Below are positions 46,541 through 64,000 of a stretch of 64,000 nt of DNA, piece after piece. Position numbers and translations under genes: made by a program. The notes below the pieces were generated by a model. It did no database searches, had not been told where the DNA came from, and saw only the letters and a list, made by a program, of their open reading frames with translations. The stretch comes from the human T2T-CHM13v2.0 reference genome, Homo sapiens. How positions within the stretch are numbered: position 1 is the stretch's first letter; each line of letters opens with the position of its first letter. The stretch lies in NCBI RefSeq assembly GCF_009914755.1, contig NC_060947.1, one strand, 5' to 3'.

Positions 46541-48240
46541 AAGTGGGGTATTGAAGTCACTAACTTACTTTTTAGAACTCTATTTTTTCCTTTAGTTCTG
46601 TTCAGTTTTTGCCTCATGTATTTGGGGACTCTTGTAAAATAAATATGTATGTTTAATTAGTACATCTTGACAGACTGACCTTATCATTATATAATGTCCA
46701 TCTTTGTCTCTTGAAACAATTATTGTCTTAAGGTATATTTTGTCTGGTATCAGTACAGTCAGACCAATTTTCTTTTGGTTACTTTTTACATGAAATATTT
46801 TTTTCATGCTATTACTATTAACCATTTGTGAATTGGATCTAAAGCCAACTCTTTTAGACAGCTAGAGTTGGATGTTCTAAAAAATCCATTCTGCCAATCT
46901 TTGCCTTGGAGTTTAATCCATTTAAAGTAATTACTGGTAAAGAGGGACTTATTCCTGCTATTTTGTTATGTATTTTCTGTATGTCTTATAGCTTTTTTCT
47001 CAATTCCATAATTCCTACCTTCTTTTGTGATTAATTGATCTTTTCTAGTGCACCATTTTTATTCCTTTCTATTTCTTTTTCTCTATATACTAATTTTTTT
47101 CTTTATGTTATCCTGCAGAATACAATTAATATCTTAATTTTAGAGTAATCAATTTTTATTAAACTACAAAGTAGTTTATATAGTACATAAAACCTACTCC
47201 TTTAAAGCTCTAATCCCTTTTGTGTTATTTTTACAAACGACATCATTAAACATTGTGTACCTATTAATGCAGACTTATAATTATTGTTTCATTCATTTGT
47301 TTTTAAAATCATATGGGAAGGAAAGGGAATTATAAACCAAAAATATAATTCTTCTGGCTTTTTTATGTATCTATGTAGCTACCCTTTTCTTTGTTCCTTA
47401 TTTCTTCATATGGTTTTGAGTTACTATCTAGCGTATTTTCATTTCATCCTGAGAGACTCCTTTTTGCATTTCTGTTATGGGAGGTCTATTACTGGTGGAA
47501 TCTGTAAGTTTTTTTCTATCTAGGAATGTCTTAATTTCTCCTTCATTTCTGAAAGTTAGTCTTGGGGGATATGGAATTATTGACAAGTTTGTTTGCTTTA
47601 GAACTTCAAATATGTTATCCCACTGCCTTTTGGCTTCCATGGTTTCTGAAGAAAAACTGGCTGCTAATCTTATTGAGGAGTCCTTGTATATAATTAAGCC
47701 CTTTCTCTTATGATGCTTTCAAGATTCTTGCTTTGTCTTTGTCTTATGACAGCAGGATTATAAGCTTTCTCATTGTAGATTTCTTCGGGTTTATCTTACA
47801 TAGAGTTTGTTGAGCTTCTTGCATGTTTATATTCATGTGTTTCAATTGCTCTAGCTTCACATTCACTGACTTTTTTCTAACTGTTCTAATCTGCTGTTGG
47901 AAACTTCCAGTGATCTTTTTTTTTTCATTTCAGTTTCTGTACTTTTCAGTTCCAAAAGTTATATTTGTTTTTTTAAAAAATAATTTCTCTCTCTTTATTG
48001 ATGTTCTCTACTTGGTGAGACATTATTCTCTTGGTTTCTTTTAGTTCTTTGTGTTTCATTTATGGTAACACTTTGAGCATATTTAAGAGAGTTGACATAA
48101 CTCTTTTCTAGTAAGCCCAATGCCTGGGCTTCCTTCTGCACAGTTTCTATGAATTTCTCTTTTCCCTGTGAGTAGGCCATACCTTCTTGTTTTCTTTGCA
48201 TGTCTTATGTTTTGTTTATCATTAAAAATTAAATGTTTTG

Positions 48241-48590
<350 letters not shown>

Positions 48591-48764
48591 TTAGATTTCT
48601 AAACACACTTGCCTCCCCACCCCATGGGGTTAGTTGATAGCAGTTGTGTGTTGTTGTTTGTTATTTGCTTTTTTAGTAACTTTTCTTAAATATTTTTGTA
48701 AAGTCTGTATTTTTATCATTTGTAGCCACTGGAGTCAGTGTTCTGATAGCTTAGTGGTCACCTA

Positions 48765-49130
<366 letters not shown>

Positions 49131-49815
49131 GATAAGTATTCTCTAAGTCCTTGAAAACTGGCTCTGTGTGTTGGGGCACTCTTTCAACTAGCCAGGCTGT
49201 AGTCTTCACTTCTAGCTTGCAAGGGGCCTGAAAGCTAGTGAGATCTGAGACCTTAAGCTCTTCTCAGGCATTTTCTGCATAATTGTCCAGCCCTGCCCAT
49301 GTGCATGGCTTTCTTATTTCTCTAGTGTATACAAGAACATTTTAAAGTTCTTATTCCCCCAAGTATTTCCTTTCATAGCCTCTTCCTTCCCATGCTTTTC
49401 CATCTGCTTATTGTTTATTTTAACTGTTGTCCCTTGCCTCAGATTCTTATAGCCAGTACTTGTGTCTTTAAGTTTTTTCAACACATGCCCCTCAGGAGTT
49501 GTTCCAAACTTGGAAACACTCCAAGTGAGGCAAAACAAAAAGCAAGCTCTTACACCAATCCTTTAGGGAGCCAAAAGACAGATCAAACTGGAATGCAACA
49601 ATTCTTTGAGAATAAGTTCTGTATTATACCTATGCACGAGGGTAGGAGCTATACTGAAGGCACTGTGGAGGCTGGGGGATGGTAGACAGGTAATTTAAAA
49701 TGCCGCAGCTCTCTTGCTCTCTCACCACAAAGCAGTCACTTATTTCTTCACCAAGGCTTCCCTGGGTGTTGTAAGTTTTTGACAAGCTCTAGAGTTCTGT
49801 AAAAGTGGATTCTGA

Positions 49816-50125
<310 letters not shown>

Positions 50126-51122
50126 GACACTTCTTTCTAGTTCATGCCTGGCTCTTGCTGCTTTTGTGGAGGGATGATGTGCCAACGTGTCCTCCTTCAT
50201 GATCTTCAGTGACATCATTTTTGCCACCTGATTTTTGCACTTCTAGAAATAATCACATTTCTTTGCAATGTTCCTTCTACAACAGGCATGTATGAAGTCA
50301 TAGAGTGATATCACAAGGAATGACACCTCTGGCAGGCAAGGACTTGGAAATATGTGTTCATTTTCAATCCTTTTCACTGTCTGTGTTGAAATAGCTTAGT
50401 CATATGTAAAACATCTAAATTAGATTGAATTATACTTCAGTTTTTGTTTATGCTTGGCTAACATATTTGGATTACTTCTTCTCCATCTGTTTTTTCATAT
50501 CTACTCCTTTAGACGTTTCATTACTTCTTGGTTTGACTACGTGGCCCCACTTCTCCTCAATTCCTCCTGGCTGCAGGCAGTGAATCTAGATGTTTGACCT
50601 GAGATCTTCAGCAAGCACACTTGCCTCTGCAATGTCATCTGGAATTGGCCTGTTCTTTGTGTTCTGACACAGCTGCCACAAGAAACCAACGTCCCATAGC
50701 TTCTTTGAGGAGTCCTTGTATATAATAAGGCCTTCATCATAGGATGGTGGTACCACGTGAAAGCCTGCTAACTCTTGCTCCAAGGGGCAGGAATAGGAGA
50801 CAGATGCCCAAAGAGCTTGCATTTGTGTTTGAGTGGGTCCCTCAAGTCCTGACCACACCAGGAGGAAGTGAGGCCCCGCCCCACGACTTCTGTGCCAGTA
50901 CCGCCTGGCAGCTGATGGTTCACTCCAAGCCCCTCACTCTCCAGGTTTTATACCAAGATACCACCAATGTCCAGGTCTCTCTGTTAAGGCCTTAGAGGAG
51001 AAGGCAAGGAGGCTCAGCATGAAGCCCCAGCCTCTTCCACCTACCCACAGACCAGACCTTCCCCAACAGCTGGGCCTCAAGGGAAGAACGCTGTAATGGC
51101 GTATTCTGTCTTTAAATGATTT

Positions 51123-51136
51123 CCTCACAGGGGCAG
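51123..51136 (+). promoter_or_regulatory. CTCF-like motif
   Basis: cctcacaggggcag. Confidence 0.55.
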
Positions 51137-51339
51137 TAGTGCTGCATATTTTCAAGGAAACCTGCCTTGGGGCACTCTTCTCCCGCCCTTCCTGTGTGAA
51201 AAAACGCCACTCAGAGATAAAGGCGCCACCAAACATGGCTGCCTTGCATTTTGCCCAGTTTGGGGCGACCTGCTCATACTGCTGGAATTTTGCCTTTGTT
51301 TCCATCTTAAATCAAACCAGGGCCTAAACTACCCACTTT

Positions 51340-51980
51340 CCCCCCCCACCCCCCACTAAACACTCAATAACTTTATTTGCCTTTGGTTGGCTCCTGGGTT
51401 TGGGGCGGGGTAGGGGTTGGCAGCAGCCCGGGCTTCGTGCGCCCTCTGGTGGACCTCAGAGGCAAGAACTGGAATCCCGGCCAAACCTGAGGACTTCACA
51501 GTCAATAGTTTAGGAGAGTTGCATGGTTCCTCAGGTCTGCAGTCCAGACCCAACAACAGTGGACGGGGCACGTTGGGAGGAGGCCCTGAACCTCTGGCTC
51601 TCATACTCGCCAGTGTTGGACACCCGCATGTTCTGCCGAGCCCTCATCTGTTTCACACGGTCCTTGTCCACTTCCTGCTTGGTGAGGATGAAGAGAAGGA
51701 TACCACAAGGGAAGCCGATGGCCCAGGCCAGTCCCACAGCTTTCATGGGGTTCTTGCCCCTCTTTCTGGGAATGTATTACATCTCGGGGGATAGGAGTTC
51801 AGGTTCCTCCCTGCCTTCTTGGGAGCTGTGGGTTTGCAGTGCCTGGGTCCTGTTATGGGAAGCCTTGTTAGCTGTGGCTCCTGCGAGAATCCCCCGGAGG
51901 ACGCGGGCATTTCTTGCCCTCCATCCCCCCGGCCCTTCAGCGCCTTAGCAGCTACCACCACCGCCATGTTCAGATCCCAC
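51340..51980 (-). pseudogene. PNKDP1: Processed pseudogene of the PNKD short isoform (MR-1S)
   Basis: [14 protein letters not shown] from ATG 51967 and MKAVGLAWAIGFPCGILLFILTK...GSGLQT match MR-1S. Early frameshift, AATAAA 51372-51377, 17-bp TSD cctaaacYacccacttt at 51323-51339 and 51981-51997. Confidence 0.9.
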
Positions 51981-51994
51981 CCTAAACCACCCAC

Positions 51995-52142
51995 TTTTAT
52001 CAGGCAATATTATCTTTCAAGAACTCAATTTCCACTTAACCTAGTCTTTGCAGTTCTGCTCTTAACTCAGTTTTACATCTCAAGCATTTTCCCTACATGA
52101 TCAAATTGTTTACGTCTAGGGGCAAGTCTCAAGGAGCTAGGC
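51995..52142 (-). repeat. Diverged RRD-like segment, candidate cryptic exon (148 nt)
   Basis: Shares tttcaagaactca, tcaaattgt and gcctag landmarks with RRD exons; acceptor cttcctcctAG, weak donor aaa|GTGGGT. Confidence 0.5.
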
Positions 52143-52232
52143 CTAGGAGGAAGACGACAATTTTGAAAAATTAAGGGCAGGATTGGGGCATTTCTAGGCA
52201 GCAGGCCACATGTTCCTTAACTTGGCTTGCTA

Positions 52233-52575
52233 TTGTTAAAGAGAAAATTATTCCAGCACCTGTTAAAGTGATAAGGAAGACTATTCAAGACTACTGCAAT
52301 AGGGACATTGCAATAGGTGAGAAATAGATCAGTCTCCATTCTGAGCATAGCAAAGACAGCTGGAGATTTATAGTCAAGGAGCAGAGTGAGGGGGGTCAGT
52401 GCATGGAACATCACAGAGAGGAGACATCAAGGGTAGGGGAATTCTTGCCAAACTGAGTTAAGATTCTTATTAAAACTGGACTAGGCAAGCCAAAGACAGG
52501 ACTCAAGAATGAGCTGTTAAAAAGAGGGCTCAGAGGAGCCTATCTACAATTTGGTCAAGGAGATAGCCTTTGTCA
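52233..52575 (-). mobile_element. MER31-like solo LTR
   Basis: Minus strand starts tgacaaaggctatctccttgaccaaa and ends taaca. Confidence 0.6.
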
Positions 52576-53197
52576 ATATTCATGCCCTCAAGGAGTCTTT
52601 CTCCATTTACGGGGTTAGACTCTGTAAAATGAGAGGCAACTGTTTGCTTGGAGCCCTAAGAGGAAGGCTTAGATACCGCTCATCACTTCATGCCATAAAT
52701 GCCCACTTTGAGTAGTATACATATATAAATACGTATAAACCCCTATCAGAAGTTACTAAAAGGTTGTCTCATGATTTCATCTTTTAACCTGGGAACACAA
52801 GCACTTTCTCATATCATTAATTTATTTCACTTTATTTTTGTTTGTTGTCATTGTATTTCTTCTCATTTGAAATTAGTTACTTAGTTTCCTCAGAAAGTTA
52901 AGGAAAATATTCATTGAAATAAACGACAAATATTACTGAACAGCTTAGTCATATTTCAACTTGTTAAATAGATTTAGGAGTAATTCAGTTTTTGTTTATG
53001 GTTGGCTATAATATTTGGACCATTTCTCCTCCATATCTCTCCAATGGAAACAAAATATATAGGACGAAATACAAAATTCTCCTTAAAAGTGTCAAAGAAT
53101 TCACAAAAGAGAAAGTCTCAGATTAAAACTCTAATAGAGAGAATTAACGGGAACACCAGATTACCCAGTCTTTTTGGCCTTTCGGGTATTTGCTTAC

Positions 53198-53263
53198 CTG
53201 GGTAGTATTGGCCTTCATTTTCAGGGACCTCACAGGTGGCAAAGAGCAGAAGATAGAAAAAGC
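53198..53263 (-). ncRNA. FIRRE: Probable short FIRRE exon (66 nt)
   Basis: Minus strand: acttcccttcAG|gcttttt ... acccag|GTAAGC, strong sites at both ends. Confidence 0.6.
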
Positions 53264-53359
53264 CTGAAGGGAAGTATAACGATTAAAAAATAAAACACAC
53301 TTAGGGATTTTCCTTTAACACAAGCACTTATCCCACATGGTTACAGGTTGGTTCTATGA

Positions 53360-53660
<301 letters not shown>

Positions 53661-54192
53661 GTTTTATAAATTTTTAAGCAAAAGATGATTCCAATCTTAT
53701 TCAAAATATTTTAGAGGGGAAATAGAGATGAATTACTTCCCAACATATTCTGAGCAACTTTTATAACATTGGTACCTAAATCAAACATAGATTGTGACTG
53801 AAGAGAAAAATACAAACTCACTTCAATTATAAGTGAAGACTTAAAAATTGAAAGATATGAGCATATTTAATCCATAGTTCTGTAAAAGACAATAAACTAT
53901 GATCAACTTGGATTTATCTCATGACTGAAAGGGAGTTAAAACAGTGCAAAAGGACTAAATGTCATACACCACTTTTCCAAATAAAGGAGAAAAGTATATG
54001 GTCATCTCGATGCAGAAAAATAAAAATATTTGGTAAATTCAACAGCACTTATAATATAAACTTTTAGGAAGCCACGAATATAAAGGAACTTCCATAATCT
54101 GGTTATTATATCATTTAATCATTGCTCTGTGAAAAACTATTTTTTAACTCAGTGGCTTAAAAAACAAGCACTTATCATAACTAAAAAATCTA

Positions 54193-54563
<371 letters not shown>

Positions 54564-55272
54564 TCAGCACTGGGTCAGGTTGGCAGCTCTGCTAATGCTA
54601 TCTCTTACATGTTTGGGGGTAAATTCACTGTAGAGACTGCTGGTCTCTCCTCCCCATCCTGCAACAGGCCAGCCTGAGCATATTCATACACTGGTAGCAG
54701 GTTTGCAAGGAAAAGTGGAAGCACACAAGTCTTGTGAGACTCAGAGCTGACACACCATGACTTCAGAATTTTATTAACTAAATCAAGTCACAAAGACAGC
54801 CCAGATTCAAGAAATAGGGAAAAAGAGTCCACCTTTTTCCTGGAAAAGGAACTGAAAATTCACATTCACCCTAGGAGGAGAATTTAGGACGTTTTCATGT
54901 TCAATTTAGTAGAGATATCTACAAAAACCTACATCTAACATAATGCTTAATGGGAAAATAGCTAAAGAATTCCTTTCACAGCCATGAATAATAGAAGGCT
55001 ACTCAATTATAGCAATTCTACCAAAAAGAGTCCTGAAGGCAATGAAAAAAGAAAAATGAAATGAAAACAGGATTAGAAAAGAAGAAAAGTAAAATGTGAT
55101 ATATATTGTATAATTTTATACATGTGTAAAATAAGAGAATACATCAAACTGGGCATAAGATCAATATATAAAAGTAAACTGTATTTCTATATAGCAAAGG
55201 GCATTAGAAAACATAAATTTAAAGAAGACACCATGTGCAATAGCATCAATAACTATAAACGAACTAGGGATA

Positions 55273-55572
<300 letters not shown>

Positions 55573-55633
55573 TTAACTAGGAATAAAAGATGTGTAAGAC
55601 TTTTCATTTGAAAATCATATAAAATTGCTAAGT

Positions 55634-55928
<295 letters not shown>

Positions 55929-56732
55929 ATTACTAAGTAATAGTAAAGAAGATTGAAATAAATGCAGACACCATGATCAAACATAGGAAAATGCAGTATC
56001 ATAAAGGTATCAGTTCTATGACAATTGATTTATTGGTTCAGTACTACTCTATTTATCATTGCAAAATGTCCGTCTTTTTATGTTTTAGTGCTTTTCACTT
56101 CAAAAGCGCATTTCTCTGATATTAATATTGGTACTGCTACTTTCCTTTGGTATGATATTTATTTGCCCCAACCTTAATTTTCAAAACTTCCTATAATTCT
56201 TGGCTTTAAGTGACTTAATTTTTAAAAGCACTGTATAGGGTTGTTTTTGTTATTGTTTTGCGTTTTGTATTTTAGCCCAATATAATGACTTCTGTCTTTT
56301 GAGGAGATAATTGTGTCCACTCACGTTTACTGTAATGAAGAAAACACTTAACTTTATTCCTGCCTTCCTACATTACGTTTATTACTTTTTTTTCCACTTC
56401 ATTTCTGATGTTTGAGTTGTTGATTATATCTTTTTACCAATTGTTAATTTCCATTAATAGTTACCTTCATTTCTCCATGTCTACCAATAGCCACATATTT
56501 TTCTAATGTTGCCCGAAACAAAGTACTATAAAGTCCCCCAAAGCACACTATTTCTTAGCTCAAGGTACCTAATATTCTTCCTCAAAACTAACCCAAGATG
56601 TTGTGTCCATTAAAATATGTATTCCAATTCGTCCTTTTATATTTTCCCCACTTAAAAGATTTGTTAAAATTCTTTAATATTTTTATTCTGTACTCATGTT
56701 ATGTCCTTTGCAGTATAGTCCCTCAATTATGA

Positions 56733-57254
<522 letters not shown>

Positions 57255-58204
57255 TAATTTCTTGGCTGGAGACACACAACGGTTATGTTGTATTCTCTCT
57301 CTCCTAATAGTCTATAGATGTTATTCCATTGATACTTGTTTGCCAGTGTTGCAGAGAAGTCAGAATGGAGTCTCATTCCAATATTTCTTTTGTAAGTTTT
57401 AATTTTTATCTGGGAAGATTATAAGGTGACTTTTTAATAATTCTAGTATTTTACCAACATATGCTTAGTGCATATCTTTATTCCGTTCTATACCACAGTG
57501 AGACTCTACAATCTGGGCCTTCTTCAATTGTGGGAAGTTTTCTTCTACTTGTTGCCTTAAATTTTGCCTTGTTTATTCTGTTTTTTCCCTATTGTAACAT
57601 CTTTTAGTAATATGTTAAAACCTTAGATCTTTAAGGTTATTAACTTTTCCTTATTTTTCCCATTGCTTTATTTTTTCCTTTGTTTTGAGATATGTTATGC
57701 AGTTGATCCTTCTAGCCTGTCATTCAATGTCAGTTGATCTCCCTTTCAAAACTTTTCCTAATGGTTTAGCATTTTCCTAAATAAAGGCTTTTGGGAGGCA
57801 TCTGAATCTTAATAATTTCATATTTGTTTTTTAATTCAAGTTGTCATTTTTCTCATCTAGCTACTGTATTTGCTGATTCAAAGGTTGGCTTGTTCAGAGG
57901 CTGTTAGGGGCCTAAGGCTGCTTATGCCTCTTAAGTGGGCTACAATTTATTTTGTTGGAGTTATTAAGTAACAAGTAGCTGAAATTCCACAAGTGGTAGA
58001 GTATAAAGTGTTCTTTACTCCTGTCAGCTACTGGAATACCACCATCAAGGACAATAGCTAACAAATATCGAACACTTAACCACATACCAGGGAATATTCT
58101 AAGGATCTGAATACAAATTCATATATTTATTCTTTACAACATCCTTCTAATGTAAGTAGTTTGATTCTAGCCACTTACTTAACGAGGACAGATAGCAAAT
58201 AAAG

Positions 58205-58553
58205 TTTTTTTTGTATTTGTTTTTTTTGTTTTGTTTTGTTTTGTTTTTTTGCGACACAGTCTTGATCTGTTGCCCAGGCTGGAGTGCAGTGGTGTGGTCT
58301 CTGCTCACTGCAACCTCCGCCTCCTGGGTTCAAGCGATTCTCCTTGGGTTCAAGCGATTCTCCTTCCTTAGCCTCCTGAGTAGCTGAGGTTACAGGCAAC
58401 TGCCACCATGCCCAGCTAATTTTCTTTTGTGTTTTTAGTAGAGACGGAGTTTCACCTTGTTGGTCAGGCTGGTCTCGAACTCCTGACTTTGTGATCCGCC
58501 CGCCTCAGCCTCCCAAAGCGCTGGGATTACAGGCATGAGCCATCGTGCCCAGC
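58205..58553 (-). mobile_element. AluS with internal ~21-bp duplication, inside a MIR-like remnant
   Basis: tgggttcaagcgattctcc occurs twice. Confidence 0.88.
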
Positions 58554-58918
58554 TGCAAAGAAAGTTTAAATACCTTATGCAAAGTCACAGAAGAATAGTT
58601 AGAAACAAATTTTAAAATCGGATTAGTCAGGCTTCAGAATTCACATTCTTAAGATCTAGATTAGGCAAACTGTCAGCTCACTTCCAAGGCACTTTGAGGA
58701 AGCCTCCCAACTTTTATTGGTTTTCTTGCATTCTCCAAGTCTCAGGTCCAGGGAGGACTCAGGTAACAAATTCAGTTCTATCTTGTATTCTTGGCATAGG
58801 GGAACAACTGGCAAAAATAAGTCCGACTCAGTTGACCTTCCAATTATTAGTCCACCTGTTTATCAGGCCAAGCCCTTTCCACAATCTGTTCCTTTTCATT
58901 GCAAGCTTTAAAAATTCT

Positions 58919-59178
<260 letters not shown>

Positions 59179-60020
59179 GAGCAGCTCAAGGGAGAAATTC
59201 CCATAAAGACCCCACTTATCCCTAGCTACCTATAGGCCCAAGGACCCCTTTGGCTCAGAAAAAAAAAGATAAATTAGAGTTGGGAATGTAGAAATATACA
59301 GTCACATTCAGGTTCTAATGTTTTAATTTTTAAAAATGCCGACGTTGTTTAACTATATTTATGGGTATATGGGTATTCGTTAAGGCTGTTTGCCAAATAT
59401 TTCAATTACTCCTCCTAGATACTGTTAAGATAGTGGTATTTGGCTAAGGGATGGAGTCAAAACCATAGATCTGATTAAATAAATACCTAACCTACTCCTG
59501 AAATCCTGCCAGAATCCTTTATAGGAGAACATAACCAGGACATAGAGCAAAACAGCCAGATTACATAGTCCATACAGATTAGCCATTTGATACACAGAGA
59601 AGTAGAGAAAAATGAAGAGTGGATTAAAGAGGAGAAAATAGAAATATCAGGGAAAAAAATCCAACATATGCTATTATGCAATTGGTGTTTAAAGAAAAAA
59701 TACATACAGATTATAGTAATACGATAGGTCATTTTGTGTTCACTTATCTGAATTCCATATTTTCTAAATATTCTGTATTGAGTCTATTACTTTTAATTTT
59801 AAATATTTCTACTTATAAATATTTATATAAATAAAAATATTTCTATTTCTTATAAATAAATAGCTATTTTCATATTTTTAAATTATACTTTTGGATAACT
59901 AAAGTACAACTGTCAAAATGCTCATACTATAACCAAGAGAAAAAGTATAAAAGAAAAAATATGCAGGACAATGCCCAATTTTTGTAAACATGTATGTGTA
60001 TATACAAATTAAAATTTATC

Positions 60021-60706
<686 letters not shown>

Positions 60707-61049
60707 TCAGTGTGCCTTAGGAAGTCACGGTTCACACAGTTGTCCAACTTGGACAATAAATTATACAATTATCTAAGGAGGATACACAATGTACATTCTC
60801 TACCTAACTGCCCAATTAATTATTTAAAATGTGTTGTTTCTTTATTCATTCAAAGCATCGTGTATGTGAAAATTAAAACATGAATATATGAGGCATAAAA
60901 ATATAAAAGTGTAAGAAAAGGTCATACGATAAAGTTGATAATGTTTTAACATATTAGTTCAAAACCTATGGAACAGCTTAACTCTGATGTCTTTAAATGA
61001 TAATAGCTAAATATGAGTATTTATTTTGAACATCAAGTTTGAGCAACTG

Positions 61050-62300
61050 AAATATTTATTAGTGAGTTCTCCATCTGGAAAGACATTTAAAAAGAAGGAT
61101 GCCATTTTGGTTACTTTCTAAAATATGTGAGCCAGAAAATGGAGTACGCCATAAGAGCCTGGGAAATGAGCCAGGTCAAAGACCACAACGTCTGATGGAG
61201 ACAGATAGCCAAGCCTCATACAAGCTTTGGAGTTCCAGCAATATCTTTTCCTCATGCACGGACTCCTTGGGACTTGAACCTTGTATCAGAAAACTTGAAA
61301 ATGGGGAAAATCCTGCATATCTAATGGTGACCGATGAGGAGATCTATGAAGCTGTAGTAGAGGAAACTGAATTACTGAAAAGAAAAGATGCCTAATGAGA
61401 GTGGGTGGTTTTAGGCTTCAGTTTGATTGTATATGGAAAGCAAAAGCAAAAGCGCAGCGGTGTGAGCAAGTTTCTTCAAACTGGGCAAGACACAAGGTAG
61501 CCATATTTCCTGGTGGCTTTGCCTGTTAGTGGTGGTTTTTTTCAGATGGAATGGGAGGGAGAAGAAGGCCTGGGGGCAGGGTTAGTTGGCTTTTCTGGGC
61601 CCATACTGCCATCGCGAGGAAGTAGTTTGACAAAAGCAAAAGCTTCGGGTTTGAACTTCCCTCCTATCTAGCAGTTAAGAAAGATGTAGCAAATTCAAAG
61701 GTTCAACAGGGCCTGACCCCAAGATGGGCCTTCTCAACTTCAACTCTTAGGCTTTCCAGGAGTTCAGTCTGGACAAAGGCAAAATCTCAGTGAAGAAGCT
61801 GCTAAGTAAGGTACCAGGACTGATGCAGGGCTTTGGTTTCCTCTCACTGTGGGCAGGACTATGGAAAAACTACAGTCTACACACAGCTTCTGGGCATTGG
61901 TCTCCTGACCCTGCCCCTTAGACCATGAGACATTTGGGCTGGCACAAGATATCCCTGTACTTTGGGGTATGGGCCCCAATGTTAGCAACGTTAGAATGTG
62001 AGGAGGGGGAAATGAATCTCATTCGAGGTGGCATCTAACAGCAGCTGGAGGTCTCAGGGACACCAAAAGTCTGGTGCCTCTGTTGCCTAGAGCAAGAAGG
62101 ATCTGAGGAAAAGGAGCATGTGTCACTGTGCCAAGTCAATAAATTCCAGAACATCAATAAGAGTGCAGATATACACAACCAGAAGGCCTGGAGGTATTCT
62201 CTGAGCCCAGGAGTTAACAGCTATAGTGGCTTTGCAGCATTTTTTTCTAGGGTCCATTGTGAAGGCATACCCACGTGGAGGGATCTGCTCTCATTTCATC
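61050..62300 (-). repeat. Older, diverged inverted local-repeat copy F
   Basis: atactgccatcgcgagga, ggtagccatatt and gagtgggtggttttaggc landmarks; distal part resembles the reverse complement of 15900-16500. Confidence 0.7.
61606..61619 (-). promoter_or_regulatory. CTCF-like motif
   Basis: cctcgcgatggcag on minus. Confidence 0.6.
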
Positions 62301-63167
62301 TCTCTTAATGGGACAGAAATGGTTTCTTTAGCTTTCTTCTAAGGAAGATGAGGCTTTTAAGGCTCAGGATCTAACTGTTCATTAAGATTAGCAAGTATTG
62401 TTCTCTGTGCCTGCTCCTTAGCCTTTTTCTGATGAAGATTCCTTGTAGGCCTGACAAGATATCCTTCAGGGAGTTGAGTACATCAGGACCCCCAGAAAAC
62501 TTGCCTCTTTAGTACCACTCTTTCGTACCAGGGATGATCTCTGTACATGATCCTTTAGAGAAAATGCTGAGCAGTCCATGAAAACAAGCATGAGTATTTT
62601 GATATTCTTTCTTCTGCTCTCTTCTAAATCTATTCCATTTGAATATTTGCATGAGTACGTGTATGTGTGACACTCATGGGTTTGTTGGTATGACTTTAGG
62701 CTTCCCCATAGTTTGCAGATCTCCTTGGGTTTTGAAATTTTTCCTTTTCCTTTTCCCTTTTATTATAAGGCCACCGCATGGGTCATTAAATATCCTTCGG
62801 ATGGTTGGATTTTGTGTTACTTATAAATTTGCCCAAAGATTTTTGTTTTCTTCACCATAAAAAGTGATTTTTTAAAATTTCCATATGTAAACAGAGCAAT
62901 GTATAATTTTCAGAGAAACTGATTCTTACACTGAAGGCTATTTTAAAACCTGAAAGGTATACCTTTGTTTCTTGATTTCCAATGTAAACTTTGCTTGTTA
63001 CTATTTCAAACGTGGAGACATGTATAACGTTAATACTTGAGGGCATGGCCTTAAAATAATTACTCCAGGAAGGTAGACACAATGAGTATCTTCGTTAGAA
63101 GACTGCAAATTCATTCTTTAGAATTCATATATATGCACTCAACTTACAGTAGTCATACATGGAATAA

Positions 63168-63507
<340 letters not shown>

Positions 63508-64000
63508 TTGTTTTCTTGTATTAGTAAACTAGGATGGTTTGATCCCAAAGAGTCAATTTGCTTTAACCCCTAATCAAAGAGGTGGAATATCTTTACTGAT
63601 GTGGACACTGAGAATGGAATTCAGTCTTTTCAAGGACTTAAGAGGACTACCTGGTATAGCTGAAACATGTGGAGTCAATCTACTAGAGAATAGGCCCTTT
63701 GCTCCTCCCCACTCTCTGACATTGCAGAGGAAAGCTGAATGAACCTACTCATCTCTGCACTCCTGTCTCCTATGGGAATGTGACCTTGACTCTGGACAAA
63801 GAGTGTGCTCATGTGAAAGGTTAAGTGATGCACACATATTGCCCACCAAATAGTTAAACCAATTGACAATGCTTCCCACCTCACGGGAACTTGTCCAATT
63901 CTACAAATGTTCACACAAACTAGGTGTTATCAGTGGTTTCATGTTCAGTAACTTACTTAGGGATATTTTGAAGAGGTGGGGAATGGTTGAGACTTTGTCA

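Larger units (their letters stand above)
50600..52220 (+). repeat. Single, non-palindromic local-repeat copy E, interrupted by the PNKD retrocopy
   Basis: Spacer plus arm collinear with 41090-41700; continues after the TSD into RRD-like sequence. Confidence 0.8.

Noticed and set aside
61099-61395. 98-aa ATG-initiated ORF in copy F
   Set aside because: Antisense to FIRRE, no recognisable domain, not preserved in paralogous arms

Overview
Primate (most likely human) genomic DNA with no intact conventional protein-coding gene. It looks like the interior of the X-linked lncRNA locus FIRRE, transcribed on the minus strand. The identification is by recognition (no alignment was run). It rests on three ~150-nt repeated exons with clean AG/GT ends (RRD-type), a local repeat carrying CTCF- and YY1-like motifs, and processed pseudogenes of MCRIP2 and the short PNKD isoform. 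Most of 1-52 kb is a tandem macro-repeat of ~13-19 kb units: RRD exon, old L1, optional solo LTR, a kb-scale palindromic cassette with two divergent CTCF-like motifs, then a spacer region. Main observations: (1) four palindromic cassettes, one with its central spacer flipped; (2) RRD exons and the CTCF repeat descend from one element; (3) a fourth, diverged RRD-sized exon candidate has its splice donor duplicated as the target site of the PNKD retrocopy; (4) a near-identical tract between two units suggests gene conversion; (5) several template-switch scars. About 40 Alu/FLAM copies, L1 fragments and LTRs fill the rest. Repeat boundaries and identities were read by eye and are approximate.
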